A DNA stretch of 64,000 bases. Origin: a candidate division FCPU426 bacterium (GTDB lineage Bacteria > Oederibacteriota > JAAXVQ01 > JAUVAV01). The notes beneath the pieces were generated by a model, which was not told where the DNA came from, did no database searches, and saw nothing but the letters and a program-made list of their open reading frames with translations. The translations under genes and the position numbers were made by a program. Location of the stretch: positions 256,001 to 320,000 of the forward strand of contig JBFLYH010000001.1 in assembly GCA_040756875.1 (NCBI GenBank). The letters run 5' to 3'. Of the stretch, positions 26,614-36,244 are shown piece after piece (the stretch's first letter is position 1; the number at the start of each line of letters is the position of its first letter).

Positions 26614-28562
26614 CTCCGGAAAAAACGCCTGTTTCCATTCCACGACCCTGCAACACGGAGAACCGCACGCCGGTCAGCCAGCGCCTGAACGAGGACGAAG
26701 TCAGCTGCCGGATGGCCGAGGAAGGCGTGATGGTCAAGGTCGTCATTAATCAGCAAACCGTCGAAGTTCGGGCCCGCACCACGATTTTGGAGGCGGCCAA
26801 AAAGATCAACGTCCACATCCCCACGCTCTGCTACCATCCCGACCTGTGCGTGGCCGGCGTCTGCCGGATCTGCGTGGTCGAAGTGGTGGGGCAAAAAGCC
26901 CTGCAGACCGCCTGTTCCTATCCCATCACCGAACCGATCGTGGTCCACACCTCGACCCCCCAGGTCCGCCGCGCCCGCCGGCACATTCTGGATCTCATGC
27001 TTTCGGAACATTACGGCGAATGCTATTCCTGCGTGCGCAACAACAACTGCGAGCTGCAAAACCTGGCCAAGGAATACGGGGTGGATTACTACCGCTTCGG
27101 GCACGTGCGCCAGCCCAAGTACGTGGTGGACAGTTCCTCCTATTCGGTGGTGCGGGACATGAACAAGTGCATCCTGTGCCGGCGCTGCGTGCGCACCTGC
27201 ATTGATTTGCAGGAAGTAGGCGTGCTGGAGGCGATCAACCGGGGCGATCAGACCAAAATCACCACCTTCATGGACAAGCCGCTCATGGACGTGGTGTGCA
27301 TCAATTGCGGGCAGTGCATCAACCGCTGTCCCACCGGGGCCCTGCGGGCGAACGATCCCTCGGATGACATTTGGGCCGCGATCGACGATCCGGACAAGCA
27401 CGTGATCATCCAGACCGCGCCCAGCCCCCGCGCCGCCATCGGCGAAGCCTTCGGCCTGCCGCCAGGCACGTCCGTGACGCGGGAAATGAACACCGCCCTG
27501 CGCCGCTGCGGGTTCGACCGGGTTTTCGACACCGACTTTACCGCGGATTTGACGATCATGGAGGAAGGCACGGAATTGTTGCTGCGGCTGAAGAAGGCCC
27601 TGGTGGACAAGGACCCGGGCGCGGCCCTGCCGCAGTTCACGTCCTGTTCGCCGGGCTGGGTCAAATATCTGGAGCATTTCTATCCGGAGTACATACCCAA
27701 CCTGAGCACGGCCAAAAGCCCGCAGCAGATGTTCGGCGCGGTCATGAAAACCTATTACGCCGAGAAAAACAACATCGATCCCTCCAAGATCGTGACCGTG
27801 GCCTTGATGCCCTGTTCGGCCAAAAAGTTCGAGTGCAACCGGCCGGAGATGGCCGCTTCCGGGTACAAGGACATCGATTACGGGCTGACCACGCGGGAAA
27901 TGGCCCAAATGATCAAGGAGGCGGGCATCGACCTGCCTTCGCTTCCCAAGAGCGGATTCGACGAGCCGTTCGGCGAGGCGTCGGGCGCGGGCCTGATTTT
28001 CGGGGCCACGGGCGGAGTCATGGAAGCCGCTTTGCGCACGGCTGTCGAGCTGGTCACGGGCCTCAAGGCCGAACAGGTGTTCGAAAACCTGGTCGTGGAG
28101 CCGGTGCGCGGCTTTGAGGGCATCAAATACATGGAACTGAAGATCCCTCAGGTCGGGCCGGTACCGGCCATCCTGAAAAACCTGAATATCCCCAGCTGGG
28201 ATTTCCTCAACGGCGCGACTTTGAAAATCGCGGTGGCGCACGGGACCGCCAATGCCAGGAAAGTGATGGAGGACATCAAGGCCGGCGGGAAATTTTCCGA
28301 GTGCCACTTCATCGAGTTCATGGCCTGCCCGGGCGGATGCCTGGGCGGCGGCGGCCAGCCGATCCCCACTTCGCCGGAGATCCGCGCGGCCAGGGCCAAG
28401 GCCATTTACGCGGAGGACGAATCCCTGGAGCTGCGCAAGTCCCATGAGAACCCGCATGTCCTGAAAATCTATCAGGAATTCTTCACCGAGGGCCCGTGCG
28501 GCAAGAAGAGCCACCATTTGCTGCACACCCATTACATCAACCGGGGCAAGGCCATCGTATAA
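26610..28562 (+). CDS. hydA: Group A [FeFe]-hydrogenase catalytic subunit
   Basis: 2Fe-2S, HxxxCxxC and two 4Fe-4S motifs; H-cluster TSCSPGW, MPCSAKKFE, EFMACPGGCLGGGGQP; LLHTHY; GTGA overlap with GGAGG RBS. Confidence 0.95.
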   Translation: MTPEKTPVSIPRPCNTENRTPVSQRLNEDEVSCRMAEEGVMVKVVINQQTVEVRARTTILEAAKKINVHIPTLCYHPDLCVAGVCRICVVEVVGQKALQTACSYPITEPIVVHTSTPQVRRARRHILDLMLSEHYGECYSCVRNNNCELQNLAKEYGVDYYRFGHVRQPKYVVDSSSYSVVRDMNKCILCRRCVRTCIDLQEVGVLEAINRGDQTKITTFMDKPLMDVVCINCGQCINRCPTGALRANDPSDDIWAAIDDPDKHVIIQTAPSPRAAIGEAFGLPPGTSVTREMNTALRRCGFDRVFDTDFTADLTIMEEGTELLLRLKKALVDKDPGAALPQFTSCSPGWVKYLEHFYPEYIPNLSTAKSPQQMFGAVMKTYYAEKNNIDPSKIVTVALMPCSAKKFECNRPEMAASGYKDIDYGLTTREMAQMIKEAGIDLPSLPKSGFDEPFGEASGAGLIFGATGGVMEAALRTAVELVTGLKAEQVFENLVVEPVRGFEGIKYMELKIPQVGPVPAILKNLNIPSWDFLNGATLKIAVAHGTANARKVMEDIKAGGKFSECHFIEFMACPGGCLGGGGQPIPTSPEIRAARAKAIYAEDESLELRKSHENPHVLKIYQEFFTEGPCGKKSHHLLHTHYINRGKAIV

Positions 28563-28580
28563 ACCGGGCCGGAAACAGGG

Positions 28581-28615
28581 ACGGGGGCGGGCAGTGTCCG
28601 CCCCCGTTTTTTTTT
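28581..28615 (+). terminator. Rho-independent terminator after hydA
   Basis: ACGGGGGCGG...CCGCCCCCGT hairpin plus T9. Confidence 0.9.
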
Positions 28616-28774
28616 CACGGCCTCCGGCTTCCGGCAAAGGCGCGGAGGAAATTGCCCCTGGAAAGGCCGGGGCTGTGATATGATCTCCCAATTTCCCCCG
28701 GGGTCCGGCAATTCCGCCCGAGTGCGGAGCGGTTGAAACCGGCGGCGGCAAACGGCGGGAACCAGGGTGAGGCC

Positions 28775-29635
28775 ATGCCTTCCGAACGGATGGGACAACT
28801 GAGCATTCTGCTGGCCTGCGTGTTTTTCGCGGCGGCCGCGGTTTCGGCCAAGTATTTGGCCGCCGGGTACTCGGGCCTGTTCGTCTCCCTGGTGCGCTTC
28901 GGCCTGGGCGCGGTGTTCTGCGTGCTGGCGCTGGCCTGGCTGCGGCGCGAATGGCGGGTCCAGGGCTGGCGCGTCTGGGCCATCCGCGGCATTCTCGGCA
29001 GTCTGGCCATGTCCCTTACCTACTGGGCCATCCAGCTGACGAGCAGCGGCCGGGCGATCCTCCTGGCCGACACCTATCCCATTTTCGTGGCAATATTCGG
29101 GTACCTTTTCTTCCGCGAAGCGATCACCCGTCGCCACGTGGGCGGGCTGATCGTGGGCATGCTGGGCGTGTTGCTGGTGTTTTACGACCGCAGCCAGTAC
29201 GGCTGGCTGGGCAACCTGCTGGCGTTTGGCGCGGGCGTGGTGGGCGGCGTGTCAGTGCATTACGTCAAACTGGCCCGGTCCCGGAACAACCCCTTTCTGG
29301 TTTACCTGTCCGCTTGCCTTTTCGGCCTGATCTGGTGCCTGGTTTCCGCGGGCGAAGTCCGGCACCTGAACGGCCAGGGCGCTTTCGCGCTGGTGCTGGT
29401 GGCGGTTTTCGGCTTCGTAGGGCAGGTGCTCGCGGGCTACGGGTTTAAATATGTCAGCGCCACCACGGGCGGGATCGCCGGCCTGGCCGAAGTGCCGCTG
29501 ACCGTGGCCTTCAGCGCGCTGCTGGGCGAGGAGATGCGCCCCCGGTTCTGGCTGGGAACGGTCCTGATCGTGGCCGGCATCCTCATCAATTATTATCCGG
29601 GCAGGAGGGCGAGAGGCGACCGTGAACCGGCATGA
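28775..29635 (+). CDS. DMT/EamA family transporter
   Basis: About 10 TM in two repeats; YPIFVAIFGYLFFREAI. Confidence 0.88.
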   Translation: MPSERMGQLSILLACVFFAAAAVSAKYLAAGYSGLFVSLVRFGLGAVFCVLALAWLRREWRVQGWRVWAIRGILGSLAMSLTYWAIQLTSSGRAILLADTYPIFVAIFGYLFFREAITRRHVGGLIVGMLGVLLVFYDRSQYGWLGNLLAFGAGVVGGVSVHYVKLARSRNNPFLVYLSACLFGLIWCLVSAGEVRHLNGQGAFALVLVAVFGFVGQVLAGYGFKYVSATTGGIAGLAEVPLTVAFSALLGEEMRPRFWLGTVLIVAGILINYYPGRRARGDREPA

Positions 29636-30665
29636 ACTGCTGGAGTGGCTGAGGACCGACGACCCGCGGAGCCTGCAGCGCCTTTGGCGCCTGGCGGATG
29701 CGGCCCGGAAAAAGCATGTCGGCGACGCGGTGCATTTGCGCGGGCTGCTGGAGATATCGAATTATTGTTCGCGGGCCTGCTGGTATTGCGGGCTGCGGGG
29801 CGGGCGGCGGGGTCTCAAACGCTACCGCATGACCCGCGCGGAAATCGAAGCCTGCGTCCGGCAATTGGCGGCTTTTGGCTATGGCACGGTCGTGCTGCAA
29901 TCAGGCGAAGACCCGGGGCTGGCGCCCGAACGCATCAGCCGCCTGGTGGCCTGGATCAAAGCCCATACCGCTTTGGCGGTGACGTTGTCCTTGGGGGAAC
30001 AGCCCCGGGCGGTTTTGCGGCAGTGGCGGGAAGCGGGGGCGGACCGTTACCTGCTGCGCATCGAAACCACGAACCGCCGTCTGCTGGCGCGCATCCATCC
30101 CGGCGAACCCCACGGCTCGAGGATGACGCAGTTGCGCTGGCTCAGGCAACTGGGCTATGAAGTCGGCTCGGGCATCATGGTCGGCATTCCGGGCCAGACC
30201 TATGACATGCTGGTCAAGGACCTGCTTTGGTTCAAAACCATGGATCTGGACATGATCGGCATCGGGCCGTTCATCCCCCATCCGGACACTCCCTTATTCG
30301 CCCTGCGCCGGAAAAAACCGCCGGCTCCCGGGCAGGTGCCGGCCACGGAAATCATGGTCAACAAAGTCGTGGCCCTGGCGCGCCTGATGTGCCCCGAAGC
30401 CAACCTGCCGGCCACGACGGCCCTGGCGTCCATCAACGCCGTCTCGGGCCGGGAACAGGCGCTGTCCCACGGCGCGAACGTCGTCATGCCCAATGTCACC
30501 CCGCAACAGTACCGCGTGCTGTATGACATTTACCCGGGCAAAGCCTGTGTCAGTGAAACCGCCGAGGTCTGCCATGCGTGCATCCGGCGCAGGATAGAAA
30601 AGCTGGGAAGGACCATCGGCAGCGGGCCCGGCGGACGCGTCAAAAGGAAAAGCGGCGTCCGCTAG
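29622..30665 (+). CDS. hydE: [FeFe]-hydrogenase H-cluster radical SAM maturase HydE
   Basis: RGLLEISNYCSRACWYC, LQSGED, GIGPFIPHPDTP, GANVVMPN, YDIYPGK. Confidence 0.92.
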   Translation: MNRHELLEWLRTDDPRSLQRLWRLADAARKKHVGDAVHLRGLLEISNYCSRACWYCGLRGGRRGLKRYRMTRAEIEACVRQLAAFGYGTVVLQSGEDPGLAPERISRLVAWIKAHTALAVTLSLGEQPRAVLRQWREAGADRYLLRIETTNRRLLARIHPGEPHGSRMTQLRWLRQLGYEVGSGIMVGIPGQTYDMLVKDLLWFKTMDLDMIGIGPFIPHPDTPLFALRRKKPPAPGQVPATEIMVNKVVALARLMCPEANLPATTALASINAVSGREQALSHGANVVMPNVTPQQYRVLYDIYPGKACVSETAEVCHACIRRRIEKLGRTIGSGPGGRVKRKSGVR

Positions 30666-30736
30666 GGATCAAGGCGTCGGTCCGCCGAATTCGAGCGCCA
30701 CGCCGATATTAAGGCTTGGACAAAGGGTGTGGAAAA

Positions 30737-32416
30737 TCAAGCTGCGGTCCGGTTTTTAGCGCTGAACGCTCTTGCGGTTTCCAGCAGCAGCCAAGCGCTC
30801 AGCGCGACCAGCACGATTCCCGTGACGCCCCCGATCCACAGGCCCGGCGAAAGGGGCAGAAGGGCCGGCTGGAATAGGGCGCGTAAAAAATCCCGGATGA
30901 GGAAAAACAAGGACCAGACGGTCACCACCAGCATGAAACCCATGGGCAGCCAGGCGTGCCAGGCGTGTTTGCCGCTTTTAATCAGCCAGGCGGAAACGGC
31001 CAACAGCGTTAGGCTGGCCATCAGCTGATTGGAGGAGCCGAAAATCGGCCACGCGACCAAATAGGCTTTTTCGCGCGCGGTCAGCAGAACGGCGAGGGGC
31101 ACGAGCAGCGTGATCAGCGTCGCACCCAGCGCGCCGGCCAGGCTTTGCCACCCGGTGAGTTCCTGCAAAATGTAACGCGCCAGGCGCGTACACACGTCCA
31201 GGGTGTCGTAAACGAACGTCGAAAAAGCCAGCAGGGCAAAAGCCAGCGCCAGTTGGTAGTTTACGCCGATCAGGCCCAAATAGCGGGCCAAGCCATGGGC
31301 GTAGATCATGTTGGGATCGCCCTTGAGCAAGGCGTCCGAAGGCGCCAGGATCATGAGCGTGGCCAGCGCCAGGACGGCCACCAGCGCTTCCAGGAGCATG
31401 GCACCATAGCCCACGGCTTTGGCGTCGGTCTCCTGTTGCAGTTGTTTGGACGTGGTGCCCGAACTGACAATGCCGTGGAATCCCGAACACGCGCCGCACG
31501 CCACTGTGATGAACAGCACGGGAAACATCCACTTGCCGTTGAGCGCACTGCTTAATCCCGCCAGGTTGACGGCCGGGTACTGCAGGGGCAAGCCGCCCGC
31601 CAGCGCGCCCGTGAAAGCGACGGCGATGGTGAGGTACAGCAGCCAGCCGCCCAGATAGCCGCGTGGCTGGAGCAGCAGCCAGACCGGGATCAGGGAAGCG
31701 CCGAAGCAGTAGACGAGCAAAATCACGTCCCATTGCTTGACCGTGACCGCGGCTGCGGCCGCCAGCCAGACGCCGGGCAGGTGTGGCCCCAGCCATACGA
31801 TCAGGAGGACCAAGGGCAGGAAGACGAGGGTGGCGACGCCTAAGCCCGCTTTAAAATGACGCAAGACCAGCCCCATGACGAGGCTGAGCAGCAGGTAGAG
31901 GCCCGAGGACAAAGCCACCGCCGGTCCGAACGCCGAATCTTGGGATACAACGGTGAATGTCTGAGAGGTAATATCCGTAAAGGCAATAATGACGTAAACC
32001 AGGGCCACCCAGACGAAGCCGAGAAAAAGGGTGTGGGCCCGGGGTGAAATATAACGTTTGACCAATTCGCCGATGGAAGTCCCGCCGTGGCGGACAGAGC
32101 CCACCAAGCTGGAAAAATCATGCATGCCGCCGATGAAGATGCTGCCCAGAATGATCCACACCAAGGCCGGCAGCCAGCCGAACCAGATGCCGGCCAGGAT
32201 GGGGCCCACGATAGGCCCGGCAGCGGCGATGGCGGAAAAGTGCTGGCCGAGGAGCAGGAAGGGTTTAGCCGGCACATAATCCAAGCCGTCGTTGATTTTA
32301 CACGCGGGCGTGGGGCAGGCGTCGTCCAGGCTCAGACGCCTGGCCAGCCAACGCCCGTATGTAACATAAGCAATCCCCAAACAAGCCAGGGACAGGAGGA
32401 CGACAAACGCAATCAT
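30737..32416 (-). CDS. cstA: Carbon starvation protein A family transporter
   Basis: DGLDYVP, GQHFSAIAAAGPIVGP, ACGACSGFH, GYGAMLLE, WPIFGSSNQL. Confidence 0.92.
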   Translation of the reverse strand: MIAFVVLLSLACLGIAYVTYGRWLARRLSLDDACPTPACKINDGLDYVPAKPFLLLGQHFSAIAAAGPIVGPILAGIWFGWLPALVWIILGSIFIGGMHDFSSLVGSVRHGGTSIGELVKRYISPRAHTLFLGFVWVALVYVIIAFTDITSQTFTVVSQDSAFGPAVALSSGLYLLLSLVMGLVLRHFKAGLGVATLVFLPLVLLIVWLGPHLPGVWLAAAAAVTVKQWDVILLVYCFGASLIPVWLLLQPRGYLGGWLLYLTIAVAFTGALAGGLPLQYPAVNLAGLSSALNGKWMFPVLFITVACGACSGFHGIVSSGTTSKQLQQETDAKAVGYGAMLLEALVAVLALATLMILAPSDALLKGDPNMIYAHGLARYLGLIGVNYQLALAFALLAFSTFVYDTLDVCTRLARYILQELTGWQSLAGALGATLITLLVPLAVLLTAREKAYLVAWPIFGSSNQLMASLTLLAVSAWLIKSGKHAWHAWLPMGFMLVVTVWSLFFLIRDFLRALFQPALLPLSPGLWIGGVTGIVLVALSAWLLLETARAFSAKNRTAA

Positions 32417-32431
32417 TCGGCAGTGTGGTTT

Positions 32432-33292
32432 TTAAAACAGCCCTTTCATCATCTTTTGCACTTCCGGCGGAATCTGGTCCTTGCCCTGGCCGTCGTCTCC
32501 GCCCTCGTCTCCGCCTTCGTCCTCGCCTTCGTCCTCCTCTTCATCCTCGCCGCCCTGGCCGCCTTGCATCATTTTATCCATGTCCTGCACTTTCGCGCCT
32601 TTCGGCAGTTCGAACATGGAAGCCGGCACGGCTTTGTTCAGGACCAGGTCCGTGACCACGGACTCGGTAGTGGAAGCGGGCACCGTGGTTTTCATGCCCA
32701 TCATGGTCATGGCTTGCTTGGGCGTGCTGACGATGGTCTTCATGGGGAAGTTCTTGCCGGTCCAGACCCATTCCTTCACGTCGCTGGTCAGGCCGCCGAA
32801 GGTCTGCTGGTACGCGTAAATGGTGCAGGGTTTGCCGCTGACGGTCTCGGTGCCGGATTTTTTGGCGTTTTTGCGGCGCTCGGCCGCCTGCTGGAACGCC
32901 TCGCTGTCCATCATGCCCGTGAACATGCCGCGCATCATGGCCCCCATTTTCGTGGCGGTTTTTTCCTTGGGATTGTAAATGTATTCATCCTTGCCGTCGC
33001 CGATGATGATCATCTGCTCGCCGGTCCGGCGGTCCTTGGTTTCCATGCGCATTTTGTCGCCCGAGATCCAGATTTGGCTGGAGGTTTTGGTGACTTTGCC
33101 GCCTTCTTCGGTCTGCGTCATCTGCGACGTCCACTGGGCGTGCTGGTAATCAAAGCCCATGTCCCGCATGGTTTTGGCCAGGCTGTTGCCCACGCCTGCG
33201 GCTTTGCCTTTGGCCGCGAGGGAGGCTGTGCCGCTCCCTGCCAGCAAAACGGCGGCCGTCAAAACCGCCACCACCACACGACTTGTACGCAT
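32432..33292 (-). CDS. Exported LolA-like/DUF4412-like protein with acidic C-terminal tail
   Basis: AAGGAG RBS; signal; WISGDKMRME, GTETVSGKPCTIY, VPASMFELPKG; EDEEEDEGEDEGG tail. Confidence 0.7.
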   Translation of the reverse strand: MRTSRVVVAVLTAAVLLAGSGTASLAAKGKAAGVGNSLAKTMRDMGFDYQHAQWTSQMTQTEEGGKVTKTSSQIWISGDKMRMETKDRRTGEQMIIIGDGKDEYIYNPKEKTATKMGAMMRGMFTGMMDSEAFQQAAERRKNAKKSGTETVSGKPCTIYAYQQTFGGLTSDVKEWVWTGKNFPMKTIVSTPKQAMTMMGMKTTVPASTTESVVTDLVLNKAVPASMFELPKGAKVQDMDKMMQGGQGGEDEEEDEGEDEGGDEGGDDGQGKDQIPPEVQKMMKGLF

Positions 33293-33493
33293 GTGTTGCT
33301 CCTTTCGGTCGACCCTTGGGGATGATGGGCCTGTGCCCATTCCAAACCGCCCGATTATCGTACAAGTGGCGCGGATGATCAACCATTTCTTGGCTTTCCA
33401 TCCGGGCCGATCCGATGGACAACGGGGAGGAAATTCGCTGGCAATGAAATGCGAAACACGCTAACATACTTCCTATTGTTACCGAGCCGCCCT

Positions 33494-35671
33494 ATGCCTT
33501 CATCTGACAAGAAACCAAACGATTTTGTCCCGTCTGACGCGGCCAGGTCCCGCGGCCGGTTGGTTGCGGCCGCAGCCCTGCTGGCCCTGACGGCAACCGT
33601 GCTTTTTGCCCTGGGGCCCGGCAGGCGCCTGGAGTGGCTGGCCACGGACTGGCTGCAGCGGGTCCAGGCCGGCTGGCAGCCGCCCCAGACGGACCTGGCT
33701 TTCGTGGTGCTGGACCAGAAGAGCCTGGATGTCGGCGAGGCGGAATTCGGCCTGACCTGGCCCTGGCCTAGGGAATCCTACGCCCAAGCCTTGGATTTCC
33801 TGAACCGCGCCGGCGCCAAAATCATTCTCTTTGATTTTACTTTTTCCGAGCCTTCTAGCTACCAGGCCGGGGACGATGAGACCCTGGCAGCCTCTCTCCA
33901 TTCGGCGGGCAATGTTTATCTGCCGGTCATCACCTATGACACCGGATCACCGGCTACCACCGCCCACCTGGCTTCCCGGCGGCCTGAGCTTTTCCTGCAC
34001 CCGGCCATGGGGCCGGGCCTGCGCCAGGCTCCCCGCCAAAGCGTGAACCTGCCGGTTGATCCGCTCCTGTCCGCGGTCGCCGGCCTGGGCGAGGCGCGGT
34101 TTCAACCGGATGCGGACGGCGTTCAGCGCCGCGTGGAGCCCTTGGTCATGCTGGGAAGCGGCGCCCTGCCGGCCTTAGGCCTGGCGCCTTGGATGCCGGC
34201 CCGGACCTCCGTGAGCGTCGGCCAAAACCGCCTCCAAATCGGCGGCCGTTCGTGGCCCCTGGATTCGCAAGGCAGGCTGGTGCTGCGTTATCCGGGCCGC
34301 TGGCAATCCTATCCCCGCGCCAGCCTGTCTGACGTGATCAAGTCCAACGTCCTGCTCCAGGAGGGGCAGCCTCCCCTGGTGGAGCCCGGCCGCTTCCGGG
34401 GAAAAGTGGTGGTGATCGGCTCCACGGCCGCGGGTCTGATGGATCTGCGCAAAACGCCCCTGGATACGGATACGCCCGGGTTCTTCGTTTCGGCCGCGCT
34501 CTGGGCCGCGGGCAAGACCAACCAGGCGTATGACGAGACCTGGCGCGGACGCCTGGCCTGGCCCCTGGCCGTATTGCTGATCGTGATCGGCGCCTGGGCC
34601 GGCACGCTCTCAGTGGGCCGCGGCTTGCTGGCGTCGGGAGCGGCGCTGGCGGGGTTTCTCGCGGCCGCGTCCCTGCTGTTCTTTTACCGGGGGCTGCTGT
34701 TCGACCTGCTGGCGCCGGTCCTGGGCTTGATTGTGGCCCACGCCTCGGCCTGGGGCCTGAGCTACCGCGCCGAACACCGGCAGAAGCGCTTCATTCAGGG
34801 CGCGTTCAGCCAGGTGCTGTCCCCGACCGTGCTGGAGCGGCTGATGCAGGAGCCGGGCCGCCTGCATGCCGGCGGGGAACTGGTCGAAGCCACTGTGTAT
34901 TTTTCCGACCTGGCCGGGTTCACCACGGTCTCCGAGTCCCTGGACCCGCGCCACTTGGTGGAAGTGCTCAACCTCTATCTCGGCGAGATGGTGGCCACGA
35001 TTGTGGACGAGCAGCAGGGGTACGTGGATAAATTCATCGGCGACGCGGTCATGGCGTTCTGGGGTGCGCCCCTGCCGGACCCGGACCAGGCCTATCGCGC
35101 CTGCGTTTCGGCCTTGCGCAACCAGGACAGACTTGCGGCTTTGCAGGGCCGGTTGCGCGACCTGGGCCTGCCGGCCGGGCTGTCCATGCGCATCGGCCTG
35201 CATACCGGGCCCGTGGTGGTGGGCATGATGGGCTCGCCGAAAAAACTGAATTACACGGTCATAGGCGACACCGTGAACCTGGCTTCGCGCCTGGAAGGTG
35301 CCAACAAGCAGTACGGCACCCGCATTCTTGCCAGCGGCGACCTGATCGACCGGGTGGCCGGCCGCGTCGTGGCGCGCGAGGTGGACCGCATCCGCGTAAA
35401 GGGCAAAACCCAGCCCACGCGCCTGTTCGAACTGGTCGGGCTGCAAGGGCAAGTGGGCGAAGACCTGATGCAGTTTGTCGGTGTCTATTCGCGGGGTCTC
35501 GAGTTATATTACCAGCGGAGCTTTGCAGCCGCGCGCCGCCAGCTGGAAGAGGCGCTGAAGCTGCGTCCCGAGGACGAACCGGCGCGCGTGCTGGTGGAGC
35601 GGTGCCGCGCCTTCAGCCGCAAGCGGCCGCCCAAGGACTGGGACGGCGTGACCACGCTGACGAGTAAATAA
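33494..35671 (+). CDS. CHASE2-domain class III adenylate cyclase with C-terminal TPR-like region
   Basis: WPWPR, PDADGVQRR, DLRKTP, 3 TM, FSDLAGFT, DKFIGDAVMAFW, YTVIGDTVNLASRLE, WDGVTTLTSK. Confidence 0.92.
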   Translation: MPSSDKKPNDFVPSDAARSRGRLVAAAALLALTATVLFALGPGRRLEWLATDWLQRVQAGWQPPQTDLAFVVLDQKSLDVGEAEFGLTWPWPRESYAQALDFLNRAGAKIILFDFTFSEPSSYQAGDDETLAASLHSAGNVYLPVITYDTGSPATTAHLASRRPELFLHPAMGPGLRQAPRQSVNLPVDPLLSAVAGLGEARFQPDADGVQRRVEPLVMLGSGALPALGLAPWMPARTSVSVGQNRLQIGGRSWPLDSQGRLVLRYPGRWQSYPRASLSDVIKSNVLLQEGQPPLVEPGRFRGKVVVIGSTAAGLMDLRKTPLDTDTPGFFVSAALWAAGKTNQAYDETWRGRLAWPLAVLLIVIGAWAGTLSVGRGLLASGAALAGFLAAASLLFFYRGLLFDLLAPVLGLIVAHASAWGLSYRAEHRQKRFIQGAFSQVLSPTVLERLMQEPGRLHAGGELVEATVYFSDLAGFTTVSESLDPRHLVEVLNLYLGEMVATIVDEQQGYVDKFIGDAVMAFWGAPLPDPDQAYRACVSALRNQDRLAALQGRLRDLGLPAGLSMRIGLHTGPVVVGMMGSPKKLNYTVIGDTVNLASRLEGANKQYGTRILASGDLIDRVAGRVVAREVDRIRVKGKTQPTRLFELVGLQGQVGEDLMQFVGVYSRGLELYYQRSFAAARRQLEEALKLRPEDEPARVLVERCRAFSRKRPPKDWDGVTTLTSK

Positions 35672-35690
35672 AACAGTTTGAACCATGATC

Positions 35691-35720
35691 AGTAGGGGCG
35701 TTCAATTGAACGCCCCTACT
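35691..35720. repeat. GTAG-type REP palindrome, copy 3
   Basis: Perfect 30-bp palindrome AGTAGGGGCGTTCAATTGAACGCCCCTACT; 28-bp core identical to copy 1. Confidence 0.9.
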
Positions 35721-35746
35721 ATGAATGCCGGTTGCAGGAGGTCCCC

Positions 35747-36244
35747 ATGCTGAAACGCGTTTTCGCAATGGTGGTGCTGTTGGCTTGGTTCATTCCCGCC
35801 TGGGCGCAAGCCGAAGTGAAGTATGTGCAGGTCAACCAGACGCGTCTGCTGGAACGCGCCACGGCTTTTTCCAAAGCCAAGGCCGTGCTGCCGTACCGCA
35901 CGGCGGTTGACGTGCTGGGCCAGCAGGGCGCCTATTATCTGGTGAAGGCCGGCAAAGCAAAGGGTTATGTGGCCCAGCGTTCGCTCACGGTTAAAAAACC
36001 GGCCTATTCGACGTCGGGGTCAGGGTCGCGCGAGTACGTTTCCTCGGACGAAGTGGCCATGGCCACCAAAGGCTTCAACCAACAGGTGGAGGCCGAGTAC
36101 CGCCGGGGGAATCCCGATTTGGCGTACGCCGAACTGGACCGCCTGGAAAAAGCCACCGCCTGCCCTGACCCGGGCAAGACCTACAAGGCTTTCCGCAAAG
36201 CCGGTTGCTTGGGAGAGTTCCAGAAGGGAGGCGGCGCCCAATGA
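35747..36244 (+). CDS. Exported SH3b-like domain protein
   Basis: AGGAGG RBS, signal AWA, YYLVK..KGYV, EVAMATKGFN. Confidence 0.75.
   Translation: MLKRVFAMVVLLAWFIPAWAQAEVKYVQVNQTRLLERATAFSKAKAVLPYRTAVDVLGQQGAYYLVKAGKAKGYVAQRSLTVKKPAYSTSGSGSREYVSSDEVAMATKGFNQQVEAEYRRGNPDLAYAELDRLEKATACPDPGKTYKAFRKAGCLGEFQKGGGAQ

Noticed and set aside
27630-27665. TSCSPGW instead of TSCCPxW in HydA as an inactivating change
   Set aside because: This variant is frequent in multimeric group A enzymes and other H-cluster motifs are intact
26133-28751. 872-aa antisense ORF over hydA (likewise 38903-41542, 55360-57318, 4007-5581, 58412-59797)
   Set aside because: Shadow ORFs from GC-rich codon bias opposite well-supported genes; no motifs or RBS
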